Positions 19,797 to 28,784 are shown, counted from the stretch's first letter. The stretch: DNA of 64,000 nucleotides from Pseudomonadota bacterium (GCA_038749715.1 JBCDHR010000009.1:23200-87199); one strand, 5' to 3'. Notes: generated by a model not told the origin, from the letters alone. Translations and numbers: made by a program.

Positions 19797-20414
19797 TTAG
19801 GCCTGGCGGACAATCACGCGACTGCCGACGCGGACGCGCTCATAAAGCTCTTCCACGTGAGCGTTGACCATACGAATACAACCGGAGGACATCGCCTGAC
19901 CGATGGTCCACGGAGCATTGGTGCCATGAATACGATACAGCGTGTCGCGGCCACCGCGATAGAGATAGAGCGCGCGCGCGCCAAGCGGGTTGTCCTCTCC
20001 GCCAGGCATGCCGCCGGCCCACTCGCGCAGCTCCGGCTGACGACGGATCATGGCGGGGGGAGGCGTCCAGGTCGGCCATTCGGCTTTGCGGCCAACAACA
20101 GCTGTACCGCCCCAGCGGAAACCGTCGCGGCCAACGCCGATGCCATAACGGCGAGCGGTCTCGCCGCCTTCATTCACATGGTAGAGGTAGCGGTTAGCAA
20201 CATCGATAACGATGGTACCGGCGCGCTCACGGCCTTCCCACGGCACATCTGCCGGCCGCCACTGACGGGCCAGGCGGAAGTTACGGGTACCGGCGGTTGC
20301 TGGATCCAGGTTGACGGAGTCCAGGAACGCGTCGATGGCGCTTTCTGCTTTCGCTGTAGTGGCTACAGCCGTAGTGCCCAGTGCACCAAGAAGAAGAGAA
20401 CGGCGAGAGATCAT
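19797..20414 (-). CDS. L,D-transpeptidase (YkuD/ErfK family), Tat signal
   Basis: MISRRSLL signal; RYGIGVGRDG, WPTWTPP, NPLGARALY, RIHGT, SSGCIRM; AGGAG SD. Confidence 0.94.
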   Translation of the reverse strand: MISRRSLLLGALGTTAVATTAKAESAIDAFLDSVNLDPATAGTRNFRLARQWRPADVPWEGRERAGTIVIDVANRYLYHVNEGGETARRYGIGVGRDGFRWGGTAVVGRKAEWPTWTPPPAMIRRQPELREWAGGMPGGEDNPLGARALYLYRGGRDTLYRIHGTNAPWTIGQAMSSGCIRMVNAHVEELYERVRVGSRVIVRQA

Positions 20415-20470
20415 TGGAGAAAACTCCTAAAAGACTGATCGAAGAAGGATTGAAAGAAGGAAGGGGTTGG

Positions 20471-20872
20471 TCAGGCCAAGCATTTCGGCGGGCCACGAAG
20501 CGCTGAGGGATCAAGACCGACTGGATAGGTTCCTAGACTGACCACCGACAGAAATGGCAGGTCGGATGTAACTGGAGCCTGTTTGGCCGTCAGCACAACC
20601 TTCTCAACCGAACAGGGCGTAGGCAGGCAGGCTGTACCGTAACTTGCATCGGTCGATGAGAGGACCACCGGCAACATGGCCGCCTGCGGATTGAGATAAA
20701 GCGCCGCGAATCCGTTAATCGCCGCCGCTCGAGCGTCAAAGCCACCATACTGCGCTAGATGATCGGCATAGCGTTGGGCATAGGAAACCGACGGTAAGAC
20801 CGTGCTCGCCGCAACGAGAACCGTCATCACCAGGCATGCGATTGAACGCGCCAAGGGTCGGGATCCAAACAT
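20471..20872 (-). CDS. Small exported protein ending LRGPPKCLA; candidate arrest-peptide leader
   Basis: From ATG 20872: hydrophobic signal ending SYA, CLPTPC motif, C-terminal RGPP. It ends 56 nt before the LDT start. Confidence 0.6.
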   Translation of the reverse strand: MFGSRPLARSIACLVMTVLVAASTVLPSVSYAQRYADHLAQYGGFDARAAAINGFAALYLNPQAAMLPVVLSSTDASYGTACLPTPCSVEKVVLTAKQAPVTSDLPFLSVVSLGTYPVGLDPSALRGPPKCLA

Positions 20873-21042
20873 GGCTGGACCATGGCGCGATTCAAACAGA
20901 TGCACCAGACCTAACCCCGGAACGAAAGGTGACGCTGGATCACTCCATGGCGACCTTTTGGCCAGTTGTTGCCTTCGTGCCACAAGGTTCCGGGGCTTTG
21001 GGTGTCCAAAACACGTCTCCAGAAAGGGCATGACCGCACGAA

Positions 21043-21399
21043 TCATGTCTGAACCGTACCGGAATGCGTCCGCTCGGCGGACGGCAGCGCGTGTCGAATT
21101 CGACCGTGCCCGTGGTTAAGAACCCAACCGATAACCTCTGCGACCGCCTGGTAGAGCTCTTCAGGGATCGGCTCACCGACTGGCGCCTTCTCAAGCGCCT
21201 GGGCGAGCATCGGGTTTTCATCAATAGCCACGCCTGCTTCTTCGGCAGCTGTCAGAATGCGATCCGCCAATGAACCCCGCCCCGATGCGACCACCACGGG
21301 CGCGGCGTCATCATCCATCTCGTAACGCAGGGCAACGGCAATTGTTGGCTCCTGGTTGGCTTGCACGCCATCCTTTCCCGCTTCCTCCCGCTGCATCAA
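21043..21399 (-). CDS. EscU/YscU/FlhB C-terminal-like export switch protein (stand-alone)
   Basis: AVALRY...APVVVASGRG.LA..I...A, IPEELYQAVAEVI. Confidence 0.88.
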   Translation of the reverse strand: MMQREEAGKDGVQANQEPTIAVALRYEMDDDAAPVVVASGRGSLADRILTAAEEAGVAIDENPMLAQALEKAPVGEPIPEELYQAVAEVIGWVLNHGHGRIRHALPSAERTHSGTVQT

Positions 21400-22925
21400 G
21401 AGTTCCTGTCCACCAGATGCGGGCTGTCATCCTGACCGTGGTCGGCAGGTTCCGGAGCGTCCTCGGACGGTGCCAGCGTCAGGCTAGTCATTACCAGGTC
21501 GTGGGAAGCAAGTGCCTTGGCGAGCACCTCGCGCGAAGCCTCCAGCCGGGCGAGCGTGGCCTCGTCGGTCACCCAGACGGCAACGTCGAGCTGGACAGGG
21601 TCGGCTCCAAGGCCCGCTTCGGTGTCGCTTGAAATGGGCGTCGCAAGCGATGGTGTGCGCATCGCCACAAGACCTTCAATGCCGCCATGGGCCTGACTTT
21701 CGAAAGCAAAGCGAAAACGCCAATGGTTAGGCCGCTCTCGATCAGCGCCACCAGCCTCGTTTTCCTGATCAATCGCCAGTCCAAGAACAGCGACCTCCTG
21801 GCCAAGAAGCAGCGGAATGTCGAGGCGCAGGCTTTGACCCTGTTCAACGCCGCGCTGTGATTCCGCCCCAAGTCCCTGAAGAAGGTTGAGGCGCGACAGA
21901 GCACCTTCGAGCTTGCGCTGCAGGTTCTGGACTTGTGCCGGATCGGAAAGATCAGGCGCATCAAGGGGCAGAGGTATGGAAGGCAGTTTGCTGGGTCGGC
22001 CGGCATCGCGCGGAAAAGGCGCGGCATTCCCTTCACCTGTGGTCTGTTGAGGCCCCGTTTGTGATGCAGTGCCCGTTGGTTGTTGGGCGCCGGTTGGTTG
22101 CTGCGTTGGTTGGGACAAGCCCAGCGCCCGAATAAGCGCACCGAGGGCACTCTGCATACTGCCCGGCCCGCTGCCCGCTGCCGGGCTGGTGATGTTGGCA
22201 GCCGAGCTTGCCACATTCGGCATCACCGGCGCGCCATCCAGAAGCCCACGAAGGGTCTGCGGCGATACCGGATCGTCACCACCCAGAGTAAAGCCCATCA
22301 GGCGGGCAAGAGCATTGTCGACTGACCCACCACCCGGGTTTGGGCTTGCGGTCAAACGCGCAACATCTGCCATGGCTGGCGCGACCGATGTCTGTTTCGC
22401 GACATCCGCACGCATCGATTCTGTTGTGATGGGTGCCGGTCCACGGACGCTTACGTTGAGCCCATCACCGTTAGCGCCAACGGAAACTGGGGTGCCGACC
22501 GCTGGCGCCGTTTGCCCGGCAGGCAACGGTAGGCGCACCGAGACCGATTGTGGCTGGCCTGATGCTGGTGTCTGCCCGCCAGTTACGCCGGACGTGGTGC
22601 CACTCGGCAAGGTAAGTTGAAGACTAAGTTGGTTAGCAGCAGATGAGGAAGGGCCGCTCTGCGTTGAGGCGACCTGACCGGGCAAGGGTTTGCCAAGAGT
22701 CTGGATCATCGACTGGAGAAGCTGCGCGCTTACCTGCCGGGCTACGTTGGCGACCGATTGCGTCGCGGATGGCGTTGGAACAGCTTGGGGTGCTGGTTGC
22801 CCCGCCGCCCGAGCTTGGAGTGGCGCTGTCGATGAAACGGGCGCAACACGCGGCGCCGATCCGGCCACTTGAGCGGCTGGACTGGCTGCCTGACTACCTT
22901 GGCTGGGAGCAATGCTTGTCGGCAT
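21396..22925 (-). CDS. FliK-like hook-length control protein
   Basis: Long P/S/A/Q/T-rich N-terminus; C-terminal T3S4-like domain (WRFRFAFE...GGIEG...RLEASREVLAKAL); ends LVDRNS; coupled to the FlhB-like gene. Confidence 0.72.
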   Translation of the reverse strand: MPTSIAPSQGSQAASPAAQVAGSAPRVAPVSSTAPLQARAAGQPAPQAVPTPSATQSVANVARQVSAQLLQSMIQTLGKPLPGQVASTQSGPSSSAANQLSLQLTLPSGTTSGVTGGQTPASGQPQSVSVRLPLPAGQTAPAVGTPVSVGANGDGLNVSVRGPAPITTESMRADVAKQTSVAPAMADVARLTASPNPGGGSVDNALARLMGFTLGGDDPVSPQTLRGLLDGAPVMPNVASSAANITSPAAGSGPGSMQSALGALIRALGLSQPTQQPTGAQQPTGTASQTGPQQTTGEGNAAPFPRDAGRPSKLPSIPLPLDAPDLSDPAQVQNLQRKLEGALSRLNLLQGLGAESQRGVEQGQSLRLDIPLLLGQEVAVLGLAIDQENEAGGADRERPNHWRFRFAFESQAHGGIEGLVAMRTPSLATPISSDTEAGLGADPVQLDVAVWVTDEATLARLEASREVLAKALASHDLVMTSLTLAPSEDAPEPADHGQDDSPHLVDRNS

Positions 22926-22998
22926 AACCGAAATCTAATCCACGCCTGGTTAACAGAGCCCTTTCTGGCATCGTCTTGCTCATCAAAAATCAATGCAA

Positions 22999-23026
22999 CC
23001 CGCCCCGCCCGAAGGCGAGGCGGGGC
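22999..23026. other. Strong GC hairpin (possible terminator of a minus-strand transcript)
   Basis: ccgccccgcc-cgaa-ggcgaggcgg (UUCG loop on the minus strand), with a T run about 12 nt later. Confidence 0.45.
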
Positions 23027-23224
23027 AGACCAGCCAACCGATCCGGAGCGGTGGGGCTTGCACCCAAACCGACGGCCGATACTGCATCGTCAGAACGCTG
23101 GGAACGTCCAAATCGACCTCCCGACCTTGCAGCGGGCGGACGAAGCCGACTGTGTTGCGCATCACATATCGGCGTCTTCGTTCGCACGGATGCAGTTTTC
23201 GTGGCGTCGGTTTAAGCTTCGGCG

Positions 23225-23731
23225 ATGTCGGATTCGCCACCAAATCAAACAGCGTCCAACGGGCCAGATGAGCCGATGTTGGCCGATGGGCGGCAATCGC
23301 AACGCGCGCTGATGATAAGGCGTGGTGCCGGGCGTTTCTTGGCCCAGGCTGGCGCGGTCTGCCTCTATGAGGCCAGTCTTGCCAATGGACGTCGCGCGGA
23401 CATCGTGGCGCTGATGCCCGACGGACTGATCACCATCGTCGAGGTGAAATCATCCCTTGCCGATTTCCGTGCTGACGGCAAATGGCCTGACTATCTGGAT
23501 TTTTGCGACAGGTTTCTGTTCGCTACCGCGCCGGATGTACCGCAGGCCATTTTTCCGACCGACGAAGGCCTGATGATCGCTGATGGTTACGGCGCGCATA
23601 TTGTGCGCGAGCCCAACATTTTGAAACTGCATGCCTCACGCCGCAAGGCGTTGACGCTGAGGCTGGCGCGGTTGGCGATTGGCCGGTTGCACCACCTGGA
23701 CGATCCGCAGGCTCAGATTCCTGAAAGCTGA
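23225..23731 (+). CDS. mmcB: MmcB (DUF1052) PD-(D/E)xK DNA-repair protein
   Basis: L.NGRRAD, IVEVKSS.ADFRAD.KWPDY..FCDR.LFA, GL.IADGYGA. Confidence 0.88.
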   Translation: MSDSPPNQTASNGPDEPMLADGRQSQRALMIRRGAGRFLAQAGAVCLYEASLANGRRADIVALMPDGLITIVEVKSSLADFRADGKWPDYLDFCDRFLFATAPDVPQAIFPTDEGLMIADGYGAHIVREPNILKLHASRRKALTLRLARLAIGRLHHLDDPQAQIPES

Positions 23732-23745
23732 GGCTGCACCAAAAG

Positions 23746-23781
23746 CAAACCCCGCCGAGCCATAAGGCGCGACGGGGTTTG
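23746..23781. terminator. Hairpin between convergent mmcB and BA14K genes
   Basis: caaaccccg...cggggtttg. Confidence 0.6.
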
Positions 23782-23801
23782 GGTATTTGCCGAAGTGTTG
23801 C

Positions 23802-24134
23802 TTAGCGGCAGAAAACGTAGTTTCCGGAGAAGGACAGGTAGTAGCCGGTCTGTGCGTTGAACGAGCGATAGCGCTGCGAGCAGGAAGAGTACCAGGCCGG
23901 TGTCCAGGGCTGCAGGCCACCATGAACAACAACCGTCTGCGGCTGGGCGTAAACAACGCGCGGCTGGTGAGCCTGGGTGGCGGCCGATCCGACGATGGTG
24001 CCGGCGACGAAGCCGATGACACCAGCGACAGCTTCATTGGCCTGAGCGGTCTGGGTGGTGGCAGCGGTGGTGCCAGCGATGGCGACCAGGGAAAGAGCTG
24101 CGGCGGCGATGGCTTTCTTGGGAGCGAAGGTCAT
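23802..24134 (-). CDS. BA14K family lectin-like protein
   Basis: Signal peptide, hydrophobic Gly helix, WYSSCSQRYRSFNAQTGYYLSFSG...C; GAGAGG SD. Confidence 0.9.
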   Translation of the reverse strand: MTFAPKKAIAAAALSLVAIAGTTAATTQTAQANEAVAGVIGFVAGTIVGSAATQAHQPRVVYAQPQTVVVHGGLQPWTPAWYSSCSQRYRSFNAQTGYYLSFSGNYVFCR

Positions 24135-24358
24135 TGGTCTGTTCCTCTCATCTTGAACCCGGCCGGTTGGGGTTGGGAGCGTCTTGGTGGCCGCGTTTCG
24201 ATGATTGGAGATTGCCTTCTCTTTCCCAAGCGCACTGTGTTGGGCGTCACAAAGCGCCTGTTTTGATGATTCTCCCAAAAAACCCTGACGGTCAGACCAG
24301 TCTTTCCGATCATCCGCGGTGGTTTACAAACCCCCTGGCCGGTCTATGCATAGGTTCC

Positions 24359-24790
24359 ATGGACGCTATCGACCCAGACCTTTTCAGAAGCCAGTGCGTT
24401 CTGACCAAGGCGCGCAAGGCATCCCGCGCGGTGTCGCGTCACTTCGGAACGTTGGTCCGCCCGCACGGCATCTCTGCATCGCAAGCCTCTCTCCTCTTTG
24501 GCCTTTATGGCAGCGATGCCACCTCGGTTTCAGAACTTGCCGCAGGCATGGGCATTGAGCGCTCCGGCATGACCCGAAACCTTGCCGTGCTCGAAAAAGC
24601 TGGGCTTGTTGCTTGCGATGTCGCCGGCCGGGGCGGCGCCAAAGCTTACCGTCTCACGACGGAAGGCGAGGCCAAACTGATGGGCATGCTGCCGCTTTGG
24701 CATGAAGCGCAGGCTCAGGTCCGCGAACAGCTTGGTGAAGAAGAATGGGCGCGCATGCAGGCAACGCTTGCTCGTTTGGCCGAACTCTAG
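24359..24790 (+). CDS. MarR-family transcriptional regulator
   Basis: C....RKASRAVSR, GISASQ, SELA..MGIERSGMTRNL..LEK.GLV, LT.EG. Confidence 0.85.
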   Translation: MDAIDPDLFRSQCVLTKARKASRAVSRHFGTLVRPHGISASQASLLFGLYGSDATSVSELAAGMGIERSGMTRNLAVLEKAGLVACDVAGRGGAKAYRLTTEGEAKLMGMLPLWHEAQAQVREQLGEEEWARMQATLARLAEL

Positions 24791-24825
24791 AGCGCCATCA
24801 TTTTGTCGCCCTTTGCGATTTATTA

Positions 24826-24839
24826 TGTGTATATACACA
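24826..24839. promoter_or_regulatory. Perfect 14-bp palindrome, candidate MarR operator upstream of fabF
   Basis: TGTGTATATACACA, 28 bp before the fabF ATG. Confidence 0.6.
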
Positions 24840-24867
24840 AAAAAGTCTAGCAGAGGACATTGAGCGC

Positions 24868-26145
24868 ATGACACCGACCCTTGAGGAAGATCCCATCGTC
24901 ATCACCGGTATGGGCGTAGTTACGCCACTGGGCTGCGGCGTGGACGCTGTGTGGGAGCGGTTGCTGGCCGGGCGGTCCGGTCTGGGACCGGTAAACCGGT
25001 TCGATGTCAGCGATCTAGCGACGCGGATTGGCGGTCTGGTGCCCGATAGGAAGGATGATCCCGCTGGTCTGGATGTCGAGGCCGTGGTCAGCATCAAGGA
25101 TCGCAAAAAGATCGATCTCTTCACGCTGTATGCGCTAGCTGCTGCCGAGGAAGCATTGGCCCAGGCCAGCTGGCATCCGCAGACCCAGGACGAAAAAGAT
25201 CGCACAGCGACATTGATAGGCACCGGCATTGGCGGCTTTCCCGTTGTGACCGAGGCGGTGCGCACGCTGGATGGGCGAGGGCCAAGGCGTTTATCGCCTT
25301 TTGTGGTTCCTCAGTTCCTTGGCAATCTCGCCGCCGGCAATGTTTCCATGCGCTTTGGCTTTCGTGGGCCCATTGGTGCGCCGATCACGGCCTGCGCGGC
25401 CGGCTTGCAAGGCATCGGCGACGGCATGCGGCTGATCGCGACCGGCGAAGCGGACGTTGTGTTGGCGGGCGGTACAGAGGCGTGCGTGGATCGGCTGGCC
25501 TTGGCTGGCTTCAACGCCGCGCGGGCGCTCTCCACCGAAAATGAAACGCCAGAGTCAGCGTCGCGGCCCTATGATCGTACGCGCAGCGGCTTTGTTCTGT
25601 CGGAGGGCGCAGGGCTCGTCGTCCTGGAACGGCGCTCCCACGCCATCGCGCGTGGTGCCACGCCACTGGTCGCACTGGAAGGCTATGGAACAAGCGCCGA
25701 TGCCTACCATTTGACCGCCGGGCCGGAAGACGGATCGGGCGCCGCGCTCGCCATTCGCCGCGCGATGGCCATGGCCAAAAGCGCGATTGAGGGCATTGGT
25801 TATGTAAATGGTCATGCGACGTCGACCCCGGTCGGTGATGCCGGCGAAGTGGCCGCCCTTCGCTCAGTTTTCGGCAAGGCGCTGCGCGCCATCCCCATTT
25901 CCTCCACCAAATCGGCGACCGGTCACCTGCTGGGCGCGGCAGGCTCGGTTGAAGCGATCTTCACCGCACTTGCCGTTATGACGGGAAAGATCCCGGCGAC
26001 TCTGAACTTCAAACAGGCTGACGAGGGCGCGGAAGACTTGGATTTCGTGCCGGATTTGGGTCGGACTGCCAATGCCGGGCGTGCGCTGTGCAACGCATTC
26101 GGCTTTGGCGGCGTCAACGCATCACTGGTGATTGCGAAGGCTTAG
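24868..26145 (+). CDS. fabF: Beta-ketoacyl-ACP synthase II (stand-alone paralogue)
   Basis: VITGMGVVTPLG, TACAAG (Cys), NGHATST and GHLLGAAG (His-His), NAFGFGGVN; GAGG SD. Confidence 0.92.
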   Translation: MTPTLEEDPIVITGMGVVTPLGCGVDAVWERLLAGRSGLGPVNRFDVSDLATRIGGLVPDRKDDPAGLDVEAVVSIKDRKKIDLFTLYALAAAEEALAQASWHPQTQDEKDRTATLIGTGIGGFPVVTEAVRTLDGRGPRRLSPFVVPQFLGNLAAGNVSMRFGFRGPIGAPITACAAGLQGIGDGMRLIATGEADVVLAGGTEACVDRLALAGFNAARALSTENETPESASRPYDRTRSGFVLSEGAGLVVLERRSHAIARGATPLVALEGYGTSADAYHLTAGPEDGSGAALAIRRAMAMAKSAIEGIGYVNGHATSTPVGDAGEVAALRSVFGKALRAIPISSTKSATGHLLGAAGSVEAIFTALAVMTGKIPATLNFKQADEGAEDLDFVPDLGRTANAGRALCNAFGFGGVNASLVIAKA

Positions 26146-26154
26146 AACCGCGTT

Positions 26155-26724
26155 CTAGCGCGGGGCGCGTTTGGCGAGGATACGCTGCAAAGTGCGCCGA
26201 TGCATGTTCAGCCGGCGCGCGGTTTCCGAAACATTGCGCTCGCACATCTCATAGACGCGTTGAATATGCTCCCAGCGCACCCGGTCGGCAGACATGGGGT
26301 TTTCTGGAGGCCCCATTTCGCCTGTCTCGGTCTGCATGAGCGCCTTTTCGACCATGTCGGCATCGGCCGGTTTGGCGAGATAGTCCGTCGCACCCATCTT
26401 TACCGCGCTCACAGCGGTGGCAATGTTGCCGTAACCCGTCAGCACGACCGCCCTGGCCTCTGGCCGCGCTTCGCGAAGCGCTGCAACGACATCGAGCCCG
26501 TTGCCATCCTCCAGCCGCATATCGACGACGGCAAAGGCTGGCGCAGACTGAGCGACCTCTTTGAGCCCCTCGGCGACCGACTCAGCCAACCGGGTTGAAA
26601 ACCCTCTCGCCTCCATGGCGCGTCCCAAGCGACTGAGGAACGGCTTGTCGTCATCGACGATCAGCAGGCTGCGATCATCTGTTGGGCGGGCATTTGGCTC
26701 AGCTGTGCTGGGGTCAGGTAACAT
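26155..26724 (-). CDS. regA: Redox response regulator RegA/ActR/PrrA
   Basis: LTGYGNIATAV, PPENPMSADRVRWEHIQRVYEMCERNVSETARRLNMHRRTLQRILAKRAPR. Confidence 0.96.
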   Translation of the reverse strand: MLPDPSTAEPNARPTDDRSLLIVDDDKPFLSRLGRAMEARGFSTRLAESVAEGLKEVAQSAPAFAVVDMRLEDGNGLDVVAALREARPEARAVVLTGYGNIATAVSAVKMGATDYLAKPADADMVEKALMQTETGEMGPPENPMSADRVRWEHIQRVYEMCERNVSETARRLNMHRRTLQRILAKRAPR

Positions 26725-26840
26725 GATCTTGGCAGAAGGTGAGTTGATAACAGAGCGGAAACAATCGTCGGTCTTTTAGGCCAAAAACCGATTTTGAGCC
26801 CCTTATATAGGCAGAATCTGCTTCTCGGGAAGCGCTGCTC

Positions 26841-28274
26841 TCACGATGGTGAAGCGTTCGGCAATGGGCCGGGTGATGATTGCTCCTCCGACGGCAGGCT
26901 GGAGACGTCAACAAGGGCTCTTGGAAAGGCAATCGTCACCATCGCGCCACCCAGATTTTCTTCAGGGTATGGAGCCTGGCCGCCCCAGGCCTTTGTATCA
27001 TCCAAGCCCCAACTGCCATTGCGCACGCTTACCGTTGCGCCTGCGCGCTCTAGAAGGGTCTTGGCGATGAAAAAGCCAAGGCCAAGTCCGCCGCCTGACA
27101 TGGCCCGCTCCTGCCCCAGCCCGCTGGAAACTGAGCGATTTCGGCGACGCGATAGGTAAGGCTCGCCAAGATGCGGGATAATGTCAGGCGCAAAACCCGG
27201 CCCGTCATCATCAATGACGATCTTGACGGTGTCGTCGTTCCAAAGGCCTGAAACGCGCACGGTTGATTCAGCGAAGTCCGCCGCATTCTCGATCAAATTT
27301 CCAATGCCAAAGGTCAGCGCAGGGTTGGCCCGCAGCATGGGCCCTGGGTTCGGTCCAGCGACGGCCACGTTAATCGGCACGGAAAAATCGCGGTGTGGCG
27401 CCACCAGATCATCCAAAACGGCGGCAAGTTCTTTGGTGGCGATCACCGCGTCTGGCTGCACACCGAGCGAGGAAAGTTTGCCGAGGATCGAGCGGCACCG
27501 CTCCGCCTGCGCCTGAATCAGCGCGATATCCTCGCCCAATGGCGTATCGGCGTCCACGGACCGGCTAAGCTCCTTGGCAACGACCGTGATGGTGCCAAGC
27601 GGCGTGCCAAGCTCATGCGCTGCTGCCGCAGCCAGTCCATCGAGATCAGAAAGGCGCTGTTCGCGCTCCAGCGCCAACTCCGTTGCTGCCAGGGCGTTGG
27701 CCAGATCACGGCTCTCATGGGTAACGCGCCAGGCGTAGGTACAGATGAAGGCAATGGCCACCAACAGCGAAGACCAAACGCCAAGCCGATAGATCAGTGG
27801 AAAAACAGGCGGTTCACCGCCTTCCCAAGGCAACGGCATCTGCCAGAGCGCCAGCGCCGACATGACCAGCGAGGCCAGAATGCCGAGGACAACAGTGATG
27901 GGAAGCCGCAAAATGGTGGCGGAGATCAACACCGGCGCCAGAAGCAAGACGGAGAATGGATTGGCGAGGCCTCCTGTTAAATAAAGCAGGGCGGCAAGTT
28001 GAATGAGGTCGAAGGTCAGCCCGATGGCGGCCCACCGTTCGCTAATACGAACGGTTCTGGGAAAACGCGACCAAAGATAGATGTTCAGCGCCATGGAAAG
28101 GGCGATGATCATGAGGCTAGGAACCAGGGGAAGGGCGTACCCGAAGCCGAAGGCCACGATCGCAATTGCCGACAACTGACCTGTGATCGCGAGCCAGCGA
28201 AGTCGCACCAGCGTATCAAGCCGAACGCTAGATGCCGTCGGGTCCAGCAGGTGATCATGCATCATGATTGCCAT
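26841..28274 (-). CDS. regB: Redox sensor histidine kinase RegB/ActS/PrrB
   Basis: LVRLRW, TGGLANPF quinone motif, AAAAAHELGTPL, ERCRSIL, DDGPGF, GLGLGFFIA. Start uncertain (28262-28325). Confidence 0.94.
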   Translation of the reverse strand: MAIMMHDHLLDPTASSVRLDTLVRLRWLAITGQLSAIAIVAFGFGYALPLVPSLMIIALSMALNIYLWSRFPRTVRISERWAAIGLTFDLIQLAALLYLTGGLANPFSVLLLAPVLISATILRLPITVVLGILASLVMSALALWQMPLPWEGGEPPVFPLIYRLGVWSSLLVAIAFICTYAWRVTHESRDLANALAATELALEREQRLSDLDGLAAAAAHELGTPLGTITVVAKELSRSVDADTPLGEDIALIQAQAERCRSILGKLSSLGVQPDAVIATKELAAVLDDLVAPHRDFSVPINVAVAGPNPGPMLRANPALTFGIGNLIENAADFAESTVRVSGLWNDDTVKIVIDDDGPGFAPDIIPHLGEPYLSRRRNRSVSSGLGQERAMSGGGLGLGFFIAKTLLERAGATVSVRNGSWGLDDTKAWGGQAPYPEENLGGAMVTIAFPRALVDVSSLPSEEQSSPGPLPNASPS

Positions 28275-28784
28275 TGGACGTCCATTCGCGACAGAGCTGC
28301 CGATGCCCGATTTTGGGCTCGGCAAGCTTGTGTGCAGTGCAGCATCATGCCATACTCTCCCTGAAACCCTTACTCAGAAAGTCGGACGCATTTGGACTTC
28401 AAAAGCCGTTCGAACTTGGTGCAAACTGGCGGTGTAACAGTAGAACGCAATCCGACGATCCCACCATCCCCCAACCCCGCACGCTTCATACATCTCTCCC
28501 CGGTCATATCATCCCAACAGATGGTCAGCGATCAGGTCGAAGGTCACCCTGTCTTCGGCAAAGGGAGCCTAGTGCGGGGCTGGACGAATGCGATCACTGC
28601 TCCAAGTTGATCGCCTTATCGGCTGGACGGGTCACTTAACGATTGCGCAAGCATCACCGGGGACACTGGTGAGGTGAAGGGAAGGGACTGCGCGCCCTTG
28701 GGGGGATGGTGCGACGTCTTGCAATTGACATGGCCTACGGCTGGCAGAGTGCCGGGTCGATGCCGGGATATGTAAGGACGAGTG

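Noticed and set aside
22983-23162. QAPP-containing ORF as a third arrest leader
   Set aside because: No signal peptide or clear SD, and the motif is about 20 codons from the stop. Kept only as part of the low-confidence structured-RNA finding.
23090-23225. SOS box expected upstream of mmcB
   Set aside because: Only GAAC-N5-GAAC was found, which does not fit the alphaproteobacterial GAAC-N7-GAAC / GTTC-N7-GTTC spacing.
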